From Propionibacterium freudenreichii subsp. freudenreichii (lineage in GTDB: Bacteria; Actinomycetota; Actinomycetes; Propionibacteriales; Propionibacteriaceae): 32,000 nt of DNA. The position numbers were made by a program, and so were the translations under genes. The stretch spans positions 1,770,001-1,802,000 of the forward strand of contig NZ_CP010341.1 of the NCBI RefSeq assembly GCF_000940845.1. The letters run 5' to 3'. Below the pieces are notes generated by a model. It made no database searches. It was not told the DNA's origin and was given only the letters and a program-made list of their open reading frames with translations. Below are positions 1 to 8,240 of the stretch, piece by piece; within the stretch, counting starts at the first letter, position 1; the number at the start of each line of letters is the position of its first letter.

Positions 1-294
1 GCCATCGCCGGCCTTGAGGTGATCGAGGCCCGCATCAGCTCGCTGGCCTACGCCCCCGAGATCGCCCAGGCCATGCTGCAACGCCAGCAGGCCTCGGCGG
101 TGATCGCCGCGCGCGAGAAGATCGTCGAGGGCGCCGTGACCATGGTGCAGAACGCCCTCAACCAGCTGGAGGAGCAGGACATCGTGGCACTTGACGATGG
201 GCGCAAGGCCGCCATGGTGTCGAACCTGCTCGTGGTGCTGTGCTCCGACTCCCGCGCGACCCCGGTGGTCAACGCCGGAACGCTCTACAACTGA
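1..294 (+). CDS. SPFH/band-7 (stomatin/prohibitin-like) protein, C-terminal part; the 5' end lies outside the window
   Basis: Frame 1 is open from base 1 to the TGA at 292-294. The sequence '...[35 protein letters not shown]...' resembles the C-terminal helical region of SPFH-domain proteins. Third codon positions are G/C-rich. Confidence 0.55.
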   Translation, partial: AIAGLEVIEARISSLAYAPEIAQAMLQRQQASAVIAAREKIVEGAVTMVQNALNQLEEQDIVALDDGRKAAMVSNLLVVLCSDSRATPVVNAGTLYN

Positions 295-306
295 TCCGCT
301 GGCGCC

Positions 307-531
307 ATGAGTGAGCGCAAGACGCTCCTGCTGCGACTTGACCCTGCCGTGCACGACGCACTGCAGCGGTGGGCCAATGACGAACTACGGTCGACCAACG
401 CGCAGATGGAGATGGTCCTCCGCGACGCGCTGCGGCGCGCGGGACGACTGCCGAAGGACGTGAAGCCCATCCGGAAACCGGGGCGTCCACCGGCACGACG
501 GAACAAGGGGGACGACCAGCCCACGACGTGA
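307..531 (+). CDS. small basic protein, possible ribbon-helix-helix (Arc/MetJ-like) DNA-binding protein
   Basis: 74-aa ATG ORF 12 nt after the SPFH stop. 'RKTLLLRLDPAVHDALQRWANDELRSTNAQMEMVLRDAL' has a beta-strand/helix/helix RHH-like pattern, followed by a basic Pro/Arg tail and a strong hairpin. Confidence 0.45.
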   Translation: MSERKTLLLRLDPAVHDALQRWANDELRSTNAQMEMVLRDALRRAGRLPKDVKPIRKPGRPPARRNKGDDQPTT

Positions 532-533
532 GG

Positions 534-574
534 GACGGTCGCAGCCCGGCCAAGTGGGCCGGGCTGCGACCGTC
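534..574. terminator. 18-bp perfect-stem hairpin between convergent genes (candidate bidirectional terminator)
   Basis: GACGGTCGCAGCCCGGCC (534-551) pairs with GGCCGGGCTGCGACCGTC (557-574), with loop AAGTG. It lies between the RHH-like stop (531) and the MFS stop (634). There is no U-tract. Confidence 0.6.
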
Positions 575-633
575 ATGTCACATCTCGTGCAGATCAGGCT
601 CCCCCGACCAAGGCCGGGGGATGACGTCCGGGC

Positions 634-1911
634 TCAGCGGGCGAATGCCGGCAGCTCGTCGTCGACGTCACCGCGCGCCGAGGCGATGATGCCGAAGGTG
701 ACGAACAGGACGGCACTGATGATCAGGGCCACCAGCGGCACGGTCCACCCGTTGGTGATTCCGTGCACGGCGCCCACGAGCCAGGTGCCGACGCCGGCAA
801 TCAGATAGCCGAGGGCCTGGGAGAACCCGGACAGCTGCGCGGTCACCAGCGGATCGCGGCTGCGTTCGGCCACCAGGGCAATGGCCAGCGGGAAGGCCCA
901 GCCCGACAGCGAGAGCATGATCGTCCACAACCACGGCAGCGCGGCCGGGGCGAGCAACAGCCCGACATAGCCGCCGGCCAGCAGGATACCCAGCACCACG
1001 ATCATGCCGGTGGGCCGCGTCAGCTTCTGGGCGACGATGGGCATCACCAGCCCGCCGGGAATGGCAATCACGTTGAACAGCGACAGCAACAGGCTCGCCT
1101 GGGCCACCGACAGGCCGGCGTCCCGGAAGATCTGCGGCAACCACCCGAAGGACACATAGGCCTGCATGGACTGCAGCCCGAAGAACAGTCCGAGCGCCAG
1201 CCCCTTGCGGGTGCGCGCGATCTCCCACATCGTCGGACCCTTGCGCTGCACGGCGCCCTCGGTCATGTCACGCATGTGCCCGGCATGGGGCGCGATGGCG
1301 GCGACCACCACCCACACCACCAGTGCGACGGCGGCCGTGGCACCCCACACACCCAGGTTGAGCTGCCAGTTGCCCGGATGGGACGCGAAGATCACCGGCA
1401 CGAGCAGGCTCGGCGCCAGGGCACCGATCGGCAGCACGGTGGTGTACACCGACATCATGCCGGCCACATGCCCGGGGAAGAAGCGCTTGACGAACACCGG
1501 GGCCAGCACATTGCCGACCGCCATGCCGGCCAGCGCGAGCACGCTGAGCGCCAGGAAGCTCATCTCGCCGTGCACGAGCACCCGGCCCAGGAGCCCCCCG
1601 GTGATCACCAGGGCGGCGACGGCCAGGGTGCGGGTGGTGCCGAAGCGACCGCCGATGCGGGCGGCGAAGGCGCCGATGATGGCGAAGCAGAAGGGTGGCA
1701 TCGCACTCAGCAGCGCCGCCACGCCCGGGCCCATGTGCAGCCCGGCACGCAGTTCGCTGAGCAACGGACCGATCGAGGTCGCGCCCGGACGCAGGTTCAC
1801 TGCCAGGACAATGACCGCCACCACCGCCAACCACACGGGCAGGTGGCGTCGGATCCGATGGCTGGGATTCAACGTCGGTTCAGTCTCGATAGTGGATGTC
1901 ACATTCGACAT
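634..1911 (-). CDS. MFS transporter, CynX/NimT-like
   Basis: About 12 hydrophobic segments. 'AVNLRPGATSIGPLLSELR' matches the N-terminal signature region of CynX-type MFS proteins. ATG at 1911 is preceded by AAGGAG with a 5-nt spacer. The track ORF extends to a TTG at 1947. Confidence 0.8.
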   Translation of the reverse strand: MSNVTSTIETEPTLNPSHRIRRHLPVWLAVVAVIVLAVNLRPGATSIGPLLSELRAGLHMGPGVAALLSAMPPFCFAIIGAFAARIGGRFGTTRTLAVAALVITGGLLGRVLVHGEMSFLALSVLALAGMAVGNVLAPVFVKRFFPGHVAGMMSVYTTVLPIGALAPSLLVPVIFASHPGNWQLNLGVWGATAAVALVVWVVVAAIAPHAGHMRDMTEGAVQRKGPTMWEIARTRKGLALGLFFGLQSMQAYVSFGWLPQIFRDAGLSVAQASLLLSLFNVIAIPGGLVMPIVAQKLTRPTGMIVVLGILLAGGYVGLLLAPAALPWLWTIMLSLSGWAFPLAIALVAERSRDPLVTAQLSGFSQALGYLIAGVGTWLVGAVHGITNGWTVPLVALIISAVLFVTFGIIASARGDVDDELPAFAR

Positions 1912-2058
1912 GGATGCTCCTTCTGGGCCAGAACGCCAGCTGATCAACCGTCGCGGCCCCGGCCATCATGCCCCCGATCTCACCATTCGGGAACTTTTCG
2001 CCACCAGCGCATCGCCCGTGACAAGGCCTTATGTCGATCTGTCCGAGTCCTGTCGCGG

Positions 2059-2958
2059 TCAGACGAGCGACTTCGCGCGCAGCCACTCCCGGGCGATGTC
2101 GGCGGCCTTCAACTGCTTGGTCACGCTCTGGGAGTTCAACGACTGCAGCTCCGACTGGCCCAGCTGGGCGCTCACCTTGTTGATGGCCGCGGCGGCCGCA
2201 GCGTCAACCCGCGCCGAGGCGAGGGGCGTCACATTCTGCGCCAGGATGAGGTGCTTCGGATCGGACAGCACCACCAGGTCGTTGCTGGCAATCGAGGGAT
2301 CGGCGGTGTAGATGTCGGCCGCCTGCACCTTGCCGTCGAGCAGCGCCTTCACCGTCAGGGGGCCTCCGGAGTCCTCCACCCCGAGCACCGTGGCGTCCAC
2401 CCCGTAGAGCCTCTTCAGGCCGGTGGGACCGTAGGGCCGCGTCGCGAACTCCGAATTCGCGGCCACCGTGATGGTGGTGCCCAGGGCCGCCAGGTCGCCG
2501 ATGGACGACATGGAATGCTCCTGCGCGGATGCCCTGGTGACCGTGTAGGAATCCTGGTCGCCGGCGTCGGCCTGGTCGAGCACATGCAGGCTGGCGGGCA
2601 GTGCCTTCACCACCGCCTCGCGCACGGCGTCGCGGTCGGTCACCTGGGTGTCCTTGTTGAAGTACTGCAGCAGGTTCCCCGAGTATTCGGGGATCAGGTC
2701 GATCTTGCCCGAGGTCATCTCGTCGATGTACACCTCGCGCTGCCCGATCTCGAACTGGCGCGTCACGGCGATGCCGCTGGCCTCGAGCACCTGGGCGTAG
2801 CACTCGGCGATGATCTCGTTCGAGTAGTACTGCTGCGAGCCGACCACCAGGCCCGTCCGGCTGGCCGATGAGCTGGCACCAATGGGGTCATTGCGTGAGC
2901 AGGCGGCCAGGGTCGCAAGTCCAATCGCCCCCAGGACGGCACGTCGTGGCAATCTCAT
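2059..2958 (-). CDS. glycine betaine/choline-type ABC transporter substrate-binding lipoprotein (OpuAC-fold, OpuBC/OpuCC-like)
   Basis: Signal peptide with lipobox 'GLATLAAC'. 'VVGSQQYYSNEIIAECYAQVLEASG...GKIDLIPEYSGNLLQYF' is typical of this family. ATG at 2958 is preceded by GGGAGGAA. Confidence 0.8.
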   Translation of the reverse strand: MRLPRRAVLGAIGLATLAACSRNDPIGASSSASRTGLVVGSQQYYSNEIIAECYAQVLEASGIAVTRQFEIGQREVYIDEMTSGKIDLIPEYSGNLLQYFNKDTQVTDRDAVREAVVKALPASLHVLDQADAGDQDSYTVTRASAQEHSMSSIGDLAALGTTITVAANSEFATRPYGPTGLKRLYGVDATVLGVEDSGGPLTVKALLDGKVQAADIYTADPSIASNDLVVLSDPKHLILAQNVTPLASARVDAAAAAAINKVSAQLGQSELQSLNSQSVTKQLKAADIAREWLRAKSLV

Positions 2959-2995
2959 GGTTTTCCTCCCTGTTCGTGATCCGTCGCCCGGCGGG

Positions 2996-3709
2996 TCAGT
3001 GCCGCCAATAGGCGCGCGTGGTCTCGGTGAGCCCGCCGAGCTCGGTGAAGCCCGCATCGATGATGCTCACCGGACGCGGGGTGCGGTGCCACTGCTCGAC
3101 GCTGGGGAAGTCCACCTGGAGTCGGAAGCCGTCGGCGCGCCAGGAGGCACGGGTCGATTCCGGGTCACCATCTGTTCCGGCCGACTCATAGAGGCGCTGC
3201 GCGGCATGGGCGCACTGGGCCGCCATCTTCCCGCTGGTCATCTCGACCAACGGGCTGACCTCCACCACGGCCAGCGCATCCACCGACAGGCTCACGCCCT
3301 CGTCGGGGAAGTTGGTGCCGGCGATCTGCAGCTTGTCGATGGCCTTCGGCTGCGGTTCCTCGGGCCCGGGGACGAAGGCCCGCGCCGCCGCGACACCGAA
3401 GTCCGCGGGGCCCGCCTGTTCGACGCTGACCCCCTCGAGCAGCTGCACATCGTCCCACCGCTTGCCGTCCGCACGACGGACGAGCTTGCGGATGTGCCCG
3501 CCGACCCAGTGCTGCACCGCGTCATGCCAGGGGCCACCCTCGGCGGAGCGCGCATCGTCCAGCAGGGCCACCACGGCCCGGGCCGTGGCCTCGCAGACAT
3601 CCACCTGACGCGCGGGTTCGTGGCGGTCACGGTAGACCACCAGCTGCATCGCCCACGGCATGACGCCGCCGGGCTCGGGATGGGGCACATGGAAGGAATC
3701 GACGCTCAC
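2996..3709 (-). CDS. PTH2-family (peptidyl-tRNA hydrolase 2-like) protein with two tandem PTH2-like halves
   Basis: The C-terminal half carries 'GKMAAQCAHAA' and 'IIDAGFTELGGLTETT', as in PTH2. The N-terminal half has the same spacing but degenerate motifs. The start is ambiguous: GTG at 3709 or ATG at 3661. Confidence 0.6.
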   Translation of the reverse strand: MSVDSFHVPHPEPGGVMPWAMQLVVYRDRHEPARQVDVCEATARAVVALLDDARSAEGGPWHDAVQHWVGGHIRKLVRRADGKRWDDVQLLEGVSVEQAGPADFGVAAARAFVPGPEEPQPKAIDKLQIAGTNFPDEGVSLSVDALAVVEVSPLVEMTSGKMAAQCAHAAQRLYESAGTDGDPESTRASWRADGFRLQVDFPSVEQWHRTPRPVSIIDAGFTELGGLTETTRAYWRH

Positions 3710-3809
3710 CCGGCCACGCTATCCCGGCACCGCAGCCGCGACCCCCACGTCCGCCCAGCATCCGGTGCCCGCCCTGATACCGCGACATCGCGGCCTGTAA
3801 CGTCGGCGC

Positions 3810-4703
3810 ATGAGCCAAGTCATCATTCCGTCACTGTGGTTCGACCACGTGGCGCGCGGGGCGGTCGACTTCTACCTCGACGTGTTCCCCGACGCCCGCC
3901 AGACCCACATCGCCCACTACCCGGCCGAGGGACTACCCGACTTCCAGCAGGAGTTCGCCGGCGAGGTGCTGGAGATCGGCTTCTCCATCGACGGCTTCGA
4001 GTTCAGCGCGATCAACGCCGGGCCGGAATTCGCGATCAACCCGTCGATCTCGTTCATGCTCAACTTCGACCCGTCCACCATGCCCGACGCCCGCGACCGG
4101 CTGGATGCCCTGTGGACGCGCCTCATCGACGGCGGTTCGGCGCTGATGGACCTCGACAGTTACGACTGGTCGGCCCGCTACGGGTGGTTGCAGGACCGTT
4201 TCGGGGTGAACTGGCAGCTGATGCTCACCGACCCCGCCGGCGAGCCGCGTCCGTTCGTCATCCCGCAGTTCATGTTCCCCTACCGCTCCGCCCGGGCCCA
4301 CGAGGCGTTGCAGTACTGGACGAGCGTGTTCCCCGACGCACGGCAGGGCACGGTCGTCGGCTACCAGCCCGACCAGGGCCAACCGGACGGCACGATCCTG
4401 TTCTCCGACTTCCAACTGGCCGGCCAATGGTTCAGCGCGATGGATTCGGGCGCACAGTTGCCCGAAGGGTTCGACTTCAACGAGGCCGTGAGCCTGACCG
4501 TGCAGTGCGCTGACCAGGCCGAGATCGACCACTTCTGGCAGGCCCTGTCAGCAGTGCCCGAGGCCGAGCAGTGCGGCTGGTGCAAGGACCGATTCGGCGT
4601 CAGCTGGCAGGTGGTGCCCGCGGCGATGGAGGAGCTCATGGCCCGGCCCGGCGCCTACCAGAAGATGCTCGCGATGAAGAAGCTCGTCATCGCCGACTTC
4701 TGA
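3810..4703 (+). CDS. VOC/PhnB-like protein, two tandem domains (the family often annotated as '3-demethylubiquinone-9 3-methyltransferase domain')
   Basis: 'IIPSLWFD...AVDFYLDVFPDAR' is repeated as 'VIPQFMFP...ALQYWTSVFPDAR'. The C-terminal 'CGWCKDRFGVSWQVVP' is characteristic of PhnB-like proteins. Confidence 0.75.
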   Translation: MSQVIIPSLWFDHVARGAVDFYLDVFPDARQTHIAHYPAEGLPDFQQEFAGEVLEIGFSIDGFEFSAINAGPEFAINPSISFMLNFDPSTMPDARDRLDALWTRLIDGGSALMDLDSYDWSARYGWLQDRFGVNWQLMLTDPAGEPRPFVIPQFMFPYRSARAHEALQYWTSVFPDARQGTVVGYQPDQGQPDGTILFSDFQLAGQWFSAMDSGAQLPEGFDFNEAVSLTVQCADQAEIDHFWQALSAVPEAEQCGWCKDRFGVSWQVVPAAMEELMARPGAYQKMLAMKKLVIADF

Positions 4704-4737
4704 GGCCGACAGGTGGGCCTTGTCGGATTCCGGGATC

Positions 4738-4752
4738 GCGACATATAGTCGC
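4738..4752. promoter_or_regulatory. palindrome GCGAC-ATATA-GTCGC containing a TATAGT -10-like hexamer (candidate operator/promoter of the DHA2 MFS gene)
   Basis: Perfect 5-bp arms around an AT-rich centre, with TATAGT at 4744-4749. A further GCGAC half-site lies at 4762-4766. It sits about 150 nt upstream of the ATG at 4905. Confidence 0.25.
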
Positions 4753-4843
4753 ATCATGTTTGCGACAGGGTGTCTCGAACCGCGCAGTCCCCATCGAGCC
4801 CATGGACCCCGCCGAGCCCGGCACGGCTTCGCGTGCGACCCCT

Positions 4844-4897
4844 GGAACCACCCGGGAAACCACGTGGAAAACCACCTGGAAGACCCGGAAGACAAGG
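4844..4897. repeat. five phased GGAA-containing repeats (GGAACCAC / GGAAACCAC / GGAAAACCAC / GGAAGACCC / GGAAGACAA)
   Basis: GGAA starts at 4844, 4855, 4866, 4878 and 4887, giving spacings of 11, 11, 12 and 9 nt. In the MFS frame the third codon positions here are A/T-rich, which argues that the region is non-coding. Confidence 0.6.
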
Positions 4898-4904
4898 TGC
4901 TGTC

Positions 4905-6674
4905 ATGAGGGCCGAACGAGGAATCGCCGCCACCGGTGACGACCTGACGGCAGGTGAGCGGGCGTCACGCGCCCTCGAGGGGCCCGCGGCGGATTCGCAC
5001 CGCGATGCTCCCGGCGGATCGCCCACCGCACCGCCCTGGAAGGCCCTGTGGGTGTTGGCCGCCGGCCTGGCGATCATCGTGCTGGACGGCACCATCGTGT
5101 CCGTGGCGATGCCGACGATCATCGACTCGATCGGCATCAGCCTGACCGATGCGCAATGGGTCACCTCGCTGTACAACATCGTGTTGGCGGCGCTGCTGCT
5201 GCCCTTGGGCAAGCTCGGTGACGAGAAGGGCCGCAAGGCGTTGTTCCTCATCGGCATCGTCGTGTTCATGGCTGGATCCGGCCTGGCCGCCCTGTCGGGC
5301 GCCGCCGCTCCCCTGCTCGCCAGCCGCACGGTGCAGGCCATCGGCGCGGCCATGATCATGCCCTCCACCCTGTCGATCGTGTCGGCCTCGTTCCGCGGCC
5401 GGGACCGGGCCGCCGCCTTCGGCGTCTGGGGTGCCGTGATGTCGGGCGCCGCCGCCCTGGGTCCATTGCTCGGCGGCATCTTCACCGAGACCATCGGCTG
5501 GCGGTGGATCTTCCTGGTCAACATTCCGGTGGGCATCGTGATCGTGGCGTTGGGACTGAAGTTCGTCCCGCACACCGGCGGGGCATCGGCCCTGCCGGGT
5601 GCCTCCGATCCGACCGGGGCGTCCCGCCGGCGGGGTCGTGGTCCGTTGTCCTTCCTCGACGTGCCCGGCACCGTCCTGGCCTCACTGGGCGCGGCGCTGT
5701 TCGTCTTTGGCCTCATCGAGGGGAACACCTATGGATGGTGGAGCCCCACGGCGCCGTTCTCGGTGGCCGGCATTGAATGGCCCACCGGGTGGGCAGTCTC
5801 GGTGACGCCGGTGGCGTTGTTCGTCGGCGCGGCACTGATCGTGGCGTTCGTCGTGGTCGAGCGCCTGCGCGGCGCCCGGCACAAGGCCGTGACGCTCGAC
5901 ATGCGCCTGTTCTCGATCCCGTCGTTCTCGTGGGGCAATCTGACGGCCGGGGCGGTATCGGCCGGTGAGTTCGCGCTGGTCTTCGTGCTGCCGCTCTACC
6001 TGGTGAACGCCGTGGGCCTGTCGACGATCCGGGCCGGGCTGGTGCTCATGGCGATGGCCTTGGGCGCCATGGTCTCGGGTGCCCTGGCCCGCAAACTCGC
6101 CGCCGCGCTGGGGGCCGCGCGGGTGGTGCAGCTGGGGTTGCTGCTCGAGATCATCGGCGTGGCCATCTCGGTGACCATCATGAAGCCCTCGATGTCGCCG
6201 TTGTGGTTCGCCGGGACCCTGATCATCTACGGGGTCGGACTGGGACTGGCCTCCGCCCAACTGACCAGCCTGGTGCTGGGCAGGGTGCCGGTGGCCCAGT
6301 CGGGCGAAGGATCGGCAACCCAATCGACGGTGCGCCAACTCGGATCTGCACTGGGCGCGGCCATCTCCGGCACGGCCCTGTCGGTGGCGCTGGGCAGGAT
6401 CGTGCCCGGCCTGCTGTCGGCCATCCCCGGCATGCCAGCGGCTGCGGTGTCGGGGCTCGTCGACTCGCTGCGGGGCTCCGCAGGGGGCTCGATCGCTACC
6501 GTCGCCGCACAGGGTGGCCACGGACAGCTCGGGGAGCTGGGACCCCGCGTTGCCGAGGTGATGGCCCAGGGATTCTCACGGGCGGCCCAGTGGTCCATGG
6601 GCATCGCCGCCGCGATGCTGGTCCTTGGCCTGATCGGCTCGCTCATGGTCAGGCGCGCGGCGCAACGCGCCTGA
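4905..6674 (+). CDS. MFS drug/H+ antiporter, DHA2 (EmrB/QacA, 14-TMS) family
   Basis: 'LDGTIVSVAMPTI' and 'GKLGDEKGRK' are DHA2 signature motifs, and there are about 14 hydrophobic segments. ATG at 4905; the upstream in-frame extension has non-coding-like codon third positions. Confidence 0.85.
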   Translation: MRAERGIAATGDDLTAGERASRALEGPAADSHRDAPGGSPTAPPWKALWVLAAGLAIIVLDGTIVSVAMPTIIDSIGISLTDAQWVTSLYNIVLAALLLPLGKLGDEKGRKALFLIGIVVFMAGSGLAALSGAAAPLLASRTVQAIGAAMIMPSTLSIVSASFRGRDRAAAFGVWGAVMSGAAALGPLLGGIFTETIGWRWIFLVNIPVGIVIVALGLKFVPHTGGASALPGASDPTGASRRRGRGPLSFLDVPGTVLASLGAALFVFGLIEGNTYGWWSPTAPFSVAGIEWPTGWAVSVTPVALFVGAALIVAFVVVERLRGARHKAVTLDMRLFSIPSFSWGNLTAGAVSAGEFALVFVLPLYLVNAVGLSTIRAGLVLMAMALGAMVSGALARKLAAALGAARVVQLGLLLEIIGVAISVTIMKPSMSPLWFAGTLIIYGVGLGLASAQLTSLVLGRVPVAQSGEGSATQSTVRQLGSALGAAISGTALSVALGRIVPGLLSAIPGMPAAAVSGLVDSLRGSAGGSIATVAAQGGHGQLGELGPRVAEVMAQGFSRAAQWSMGIAAAMLVLGLIGSLMVRRAAQRA

Positions 6675-6698
6675 ACCGATCCCGATCCTCCCGGAAGC

Positions 6699-6733
6699 AC
6701 CGAAGGTCCTGCGGGGTTGCCGGACCCTTCGCC
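6699..6733. terminator. imperfect hairpin between convergent MFS and glycerate kinase genes
   Basis: CGAAGGTCC pairs with GGACCCTTCG (one bulged base) around a roughly 12-nt loop. There is no U-tract. Confidence 0.3.
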
Positions 6734-6751
6734 ACCGGGTGAGGGCGTTGC

Positions 6752-7870
6752 TCAACCAGAGAACTGCTGCGCTATCCGCGCACCGGCCTCCCCCAGGTAG
6801 CGGGCGGGGTGCGCCATGGCCTCCCCGGAGGAGCCGGCCAGCTCGGTGAGGCTGAGGCACCCGATGCCGCGCCGGGTCAGGGCGGCACGACCCTCATCGG
6901 TGAACCCGCCGGCGACCACCACGCAGGAGGTCCCACTGGCGGCTGCGGCATCGATGATGGCCGCCACCGCCTTGCCGGCCAGCGACGAGACGTCGAAGGA
7001 GCCCTCACCGGTGAGGGCCAGGTCGGCGCGAGCCAGGGCATCCGCGAGCCCGGTGAGCCTGGCCACTTCCTCGGCCCCCGAGACGATGGACGCGCCCCAC
7101 AGGCTCATCAGCCCGAAGGCAGTGCCCCCGGCAGCGCCGGTGCCCGGGAAGTCCGCGTCGCCCCCGCTGACCTCGGCCAGGTGGGCCAGGGCAGCGTCCA
7201 GATAGGCAATGTCCGCGGGCGTGGCGCCCTTCTGGGGCCCGAAGACGGCCGCGGAACCCTCGGGGCCCGTCAGGGGGCTGCGCACATCGCACAGCAGGCG
7301 CACGCCACCTGCTGGCGGGGCCACCATCGCCGAGCGATCGATGGACGCCAAGTCAGCCAGGCCGGCTCCCCCGTCGCCGATCTCGGTGCCGTCGGCGGTC
7401 AGGAATCGCACGCCGAGCTCCCGCATGGCCCCCACGCCGCCATCGGTGGACGCCGAACCGCCCAGGCCCACCGAGATTCGGTCGGCACCTGCCGCGACCG
7501 CTGCCCGCAGCACCTGCCCCAGGCCACGGGTGTGGGCCCCGCGCGGGTCCTTGGCCGCCATGAGCGTGAGGCCCGAGGGGATCGCCAATTCCACGATCGC
7601 CTCGCCGGAGGGCAGCACGACCCAGCGGCCGGGCGCGGGACGTCCATCGGGTCCGGTGACCGGCTCGGGAGTGGACATCCACCGGGCCCCGGGAACGGCA
7701 TCGGCGATCACCGCACAGGTGCCCTCGCCGCCGTCGGCCTGCGGCAATGCCATGACCTCATCGTCGGGTCGCACCCGGGCCCAGCCCGCGCCGAGCGCCG
7801 CGGCGGAGTCCTCGCCACTGATGGTTCCCTTGAACGAATCCGGGGAAATGATGATCCGGGACATCTTCAT
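6752..7870 (-). CDS. glxK: glycerate kinase
   Basis: 'MKMSRIIISPDSFKGTISGEDSA...QADGGEGT' is the classic glycerate kinase N-terminus. ATG at 7870 is preceded by GGAAGGTGG. The longer track ORF (to 8257) has an implausible extension. Confidence 0.85.
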   Translation of the reverse strand: MKMSRIIISPDSFKGTISGEDSAAALGAGWARVRPDDEVMALPQADGGEGTCAVIADAVPGARWMSTPEPVTGPDGRPAPGRWVVLPSGEAIVELAIPSGLTLMAAKDPRGAHTRGLGQVLRAAVAAGADRISVGLGGSASTDGGVGAMRELGVRFLTADGTEIGDGGAGLADLASIDRSAMVAPPAGGVRLLCDVRSPLTGPEGSAAVFGPQKGATPADIAYLDAALAHLAEVSGGDADFPGTGAAGGTAFGLMSLWGASIVSGAEEVARLTGLADALARADLALTGEGSFDVSSLAGKAVAAIIDAAAASGTSCVVVAGGFTDEGRAALTRRGIGCLSLTELAGSSGEAMAHPARYLGEAGARIAQQFSG

Positions 7871-7977
7871 CCCACCTTCCTGACCGGTGCCTCTTGCCTG
7901 GCCTGTGCCGTTTGTCTGAGCTGTGCGTCCTGCATGAGCTGTACATCCCGACGGGTCCGGCCACGACCAGCGCACCG

Positions 7978-7997
7978 CGTCGTGTCGTGTCGTGTCG
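7978..7997. repeat. pentanucleotide microsatellite (CGTGT) of about 3-4 units
   Basis: cgt-CGTGT-CGTGT-CGTGT-cg, in the glxK/cstA divergent intergenic region. Confidence 0.8.
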
Positions 7998-8099
7998 GCA
8001 ATCGCCGCACCACCACTGGCGCGGCACCCGTCCCTATCCATCATGGGCCACAGCGCGGCCGCGCGGGCCGGGACAGGCCGCGCTCCCCTCCCCGGTGCA

Positions 8100-8129
8100 C
8101 ATTCTGGTTGCGATTGATCCATTCTGGTT
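8100..8129. promoter_or_regulatory. direct repeat CATTCTGGTT x2 with 20-bp periodicity upstream of cstA (candidate regulator binding site)
   Basis: Identical 10-mers at 8100-8109 and 8120-8129, 112-141 nt upstream of the cstA ATG, in a locally A/T-richer stretch. Confidence 0.3.
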
Positions 8130-8240
8130 CCATCCCTGATGATTCTCATGGACAGACCCCGAATGAACCCCCATTTTCCTATGCTGACTGCGTCAACGGC
8201 TTCATGCCATCCATGCACCTCCCAAAGACGAGAGAACAAC

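Noticed and set aside
763-2871. 702-aa + strand ORF, the largest in its region of the track
   Set aside because: It is antisense to the CynX-like MFS and binding-protein genes. Its composition is extreme in Arg/His/Gly/Gln/Pro with no recognisable motifs, which is the typical shadow ORF of G+C-rich DNA.
2882-4513. 543-aa + strand ORF, plus similar long ORFs at 6809-8311, 9417-10640, 15392-16669, 20224-21132, 21771-23069, 25826-26758 and 26934-28223
   Set aside because: All overlap well-supported genes on the opposite strand or in another frame. All have Arg/Pro/Gly/His-rich low-complexity translations. None has family motifs.
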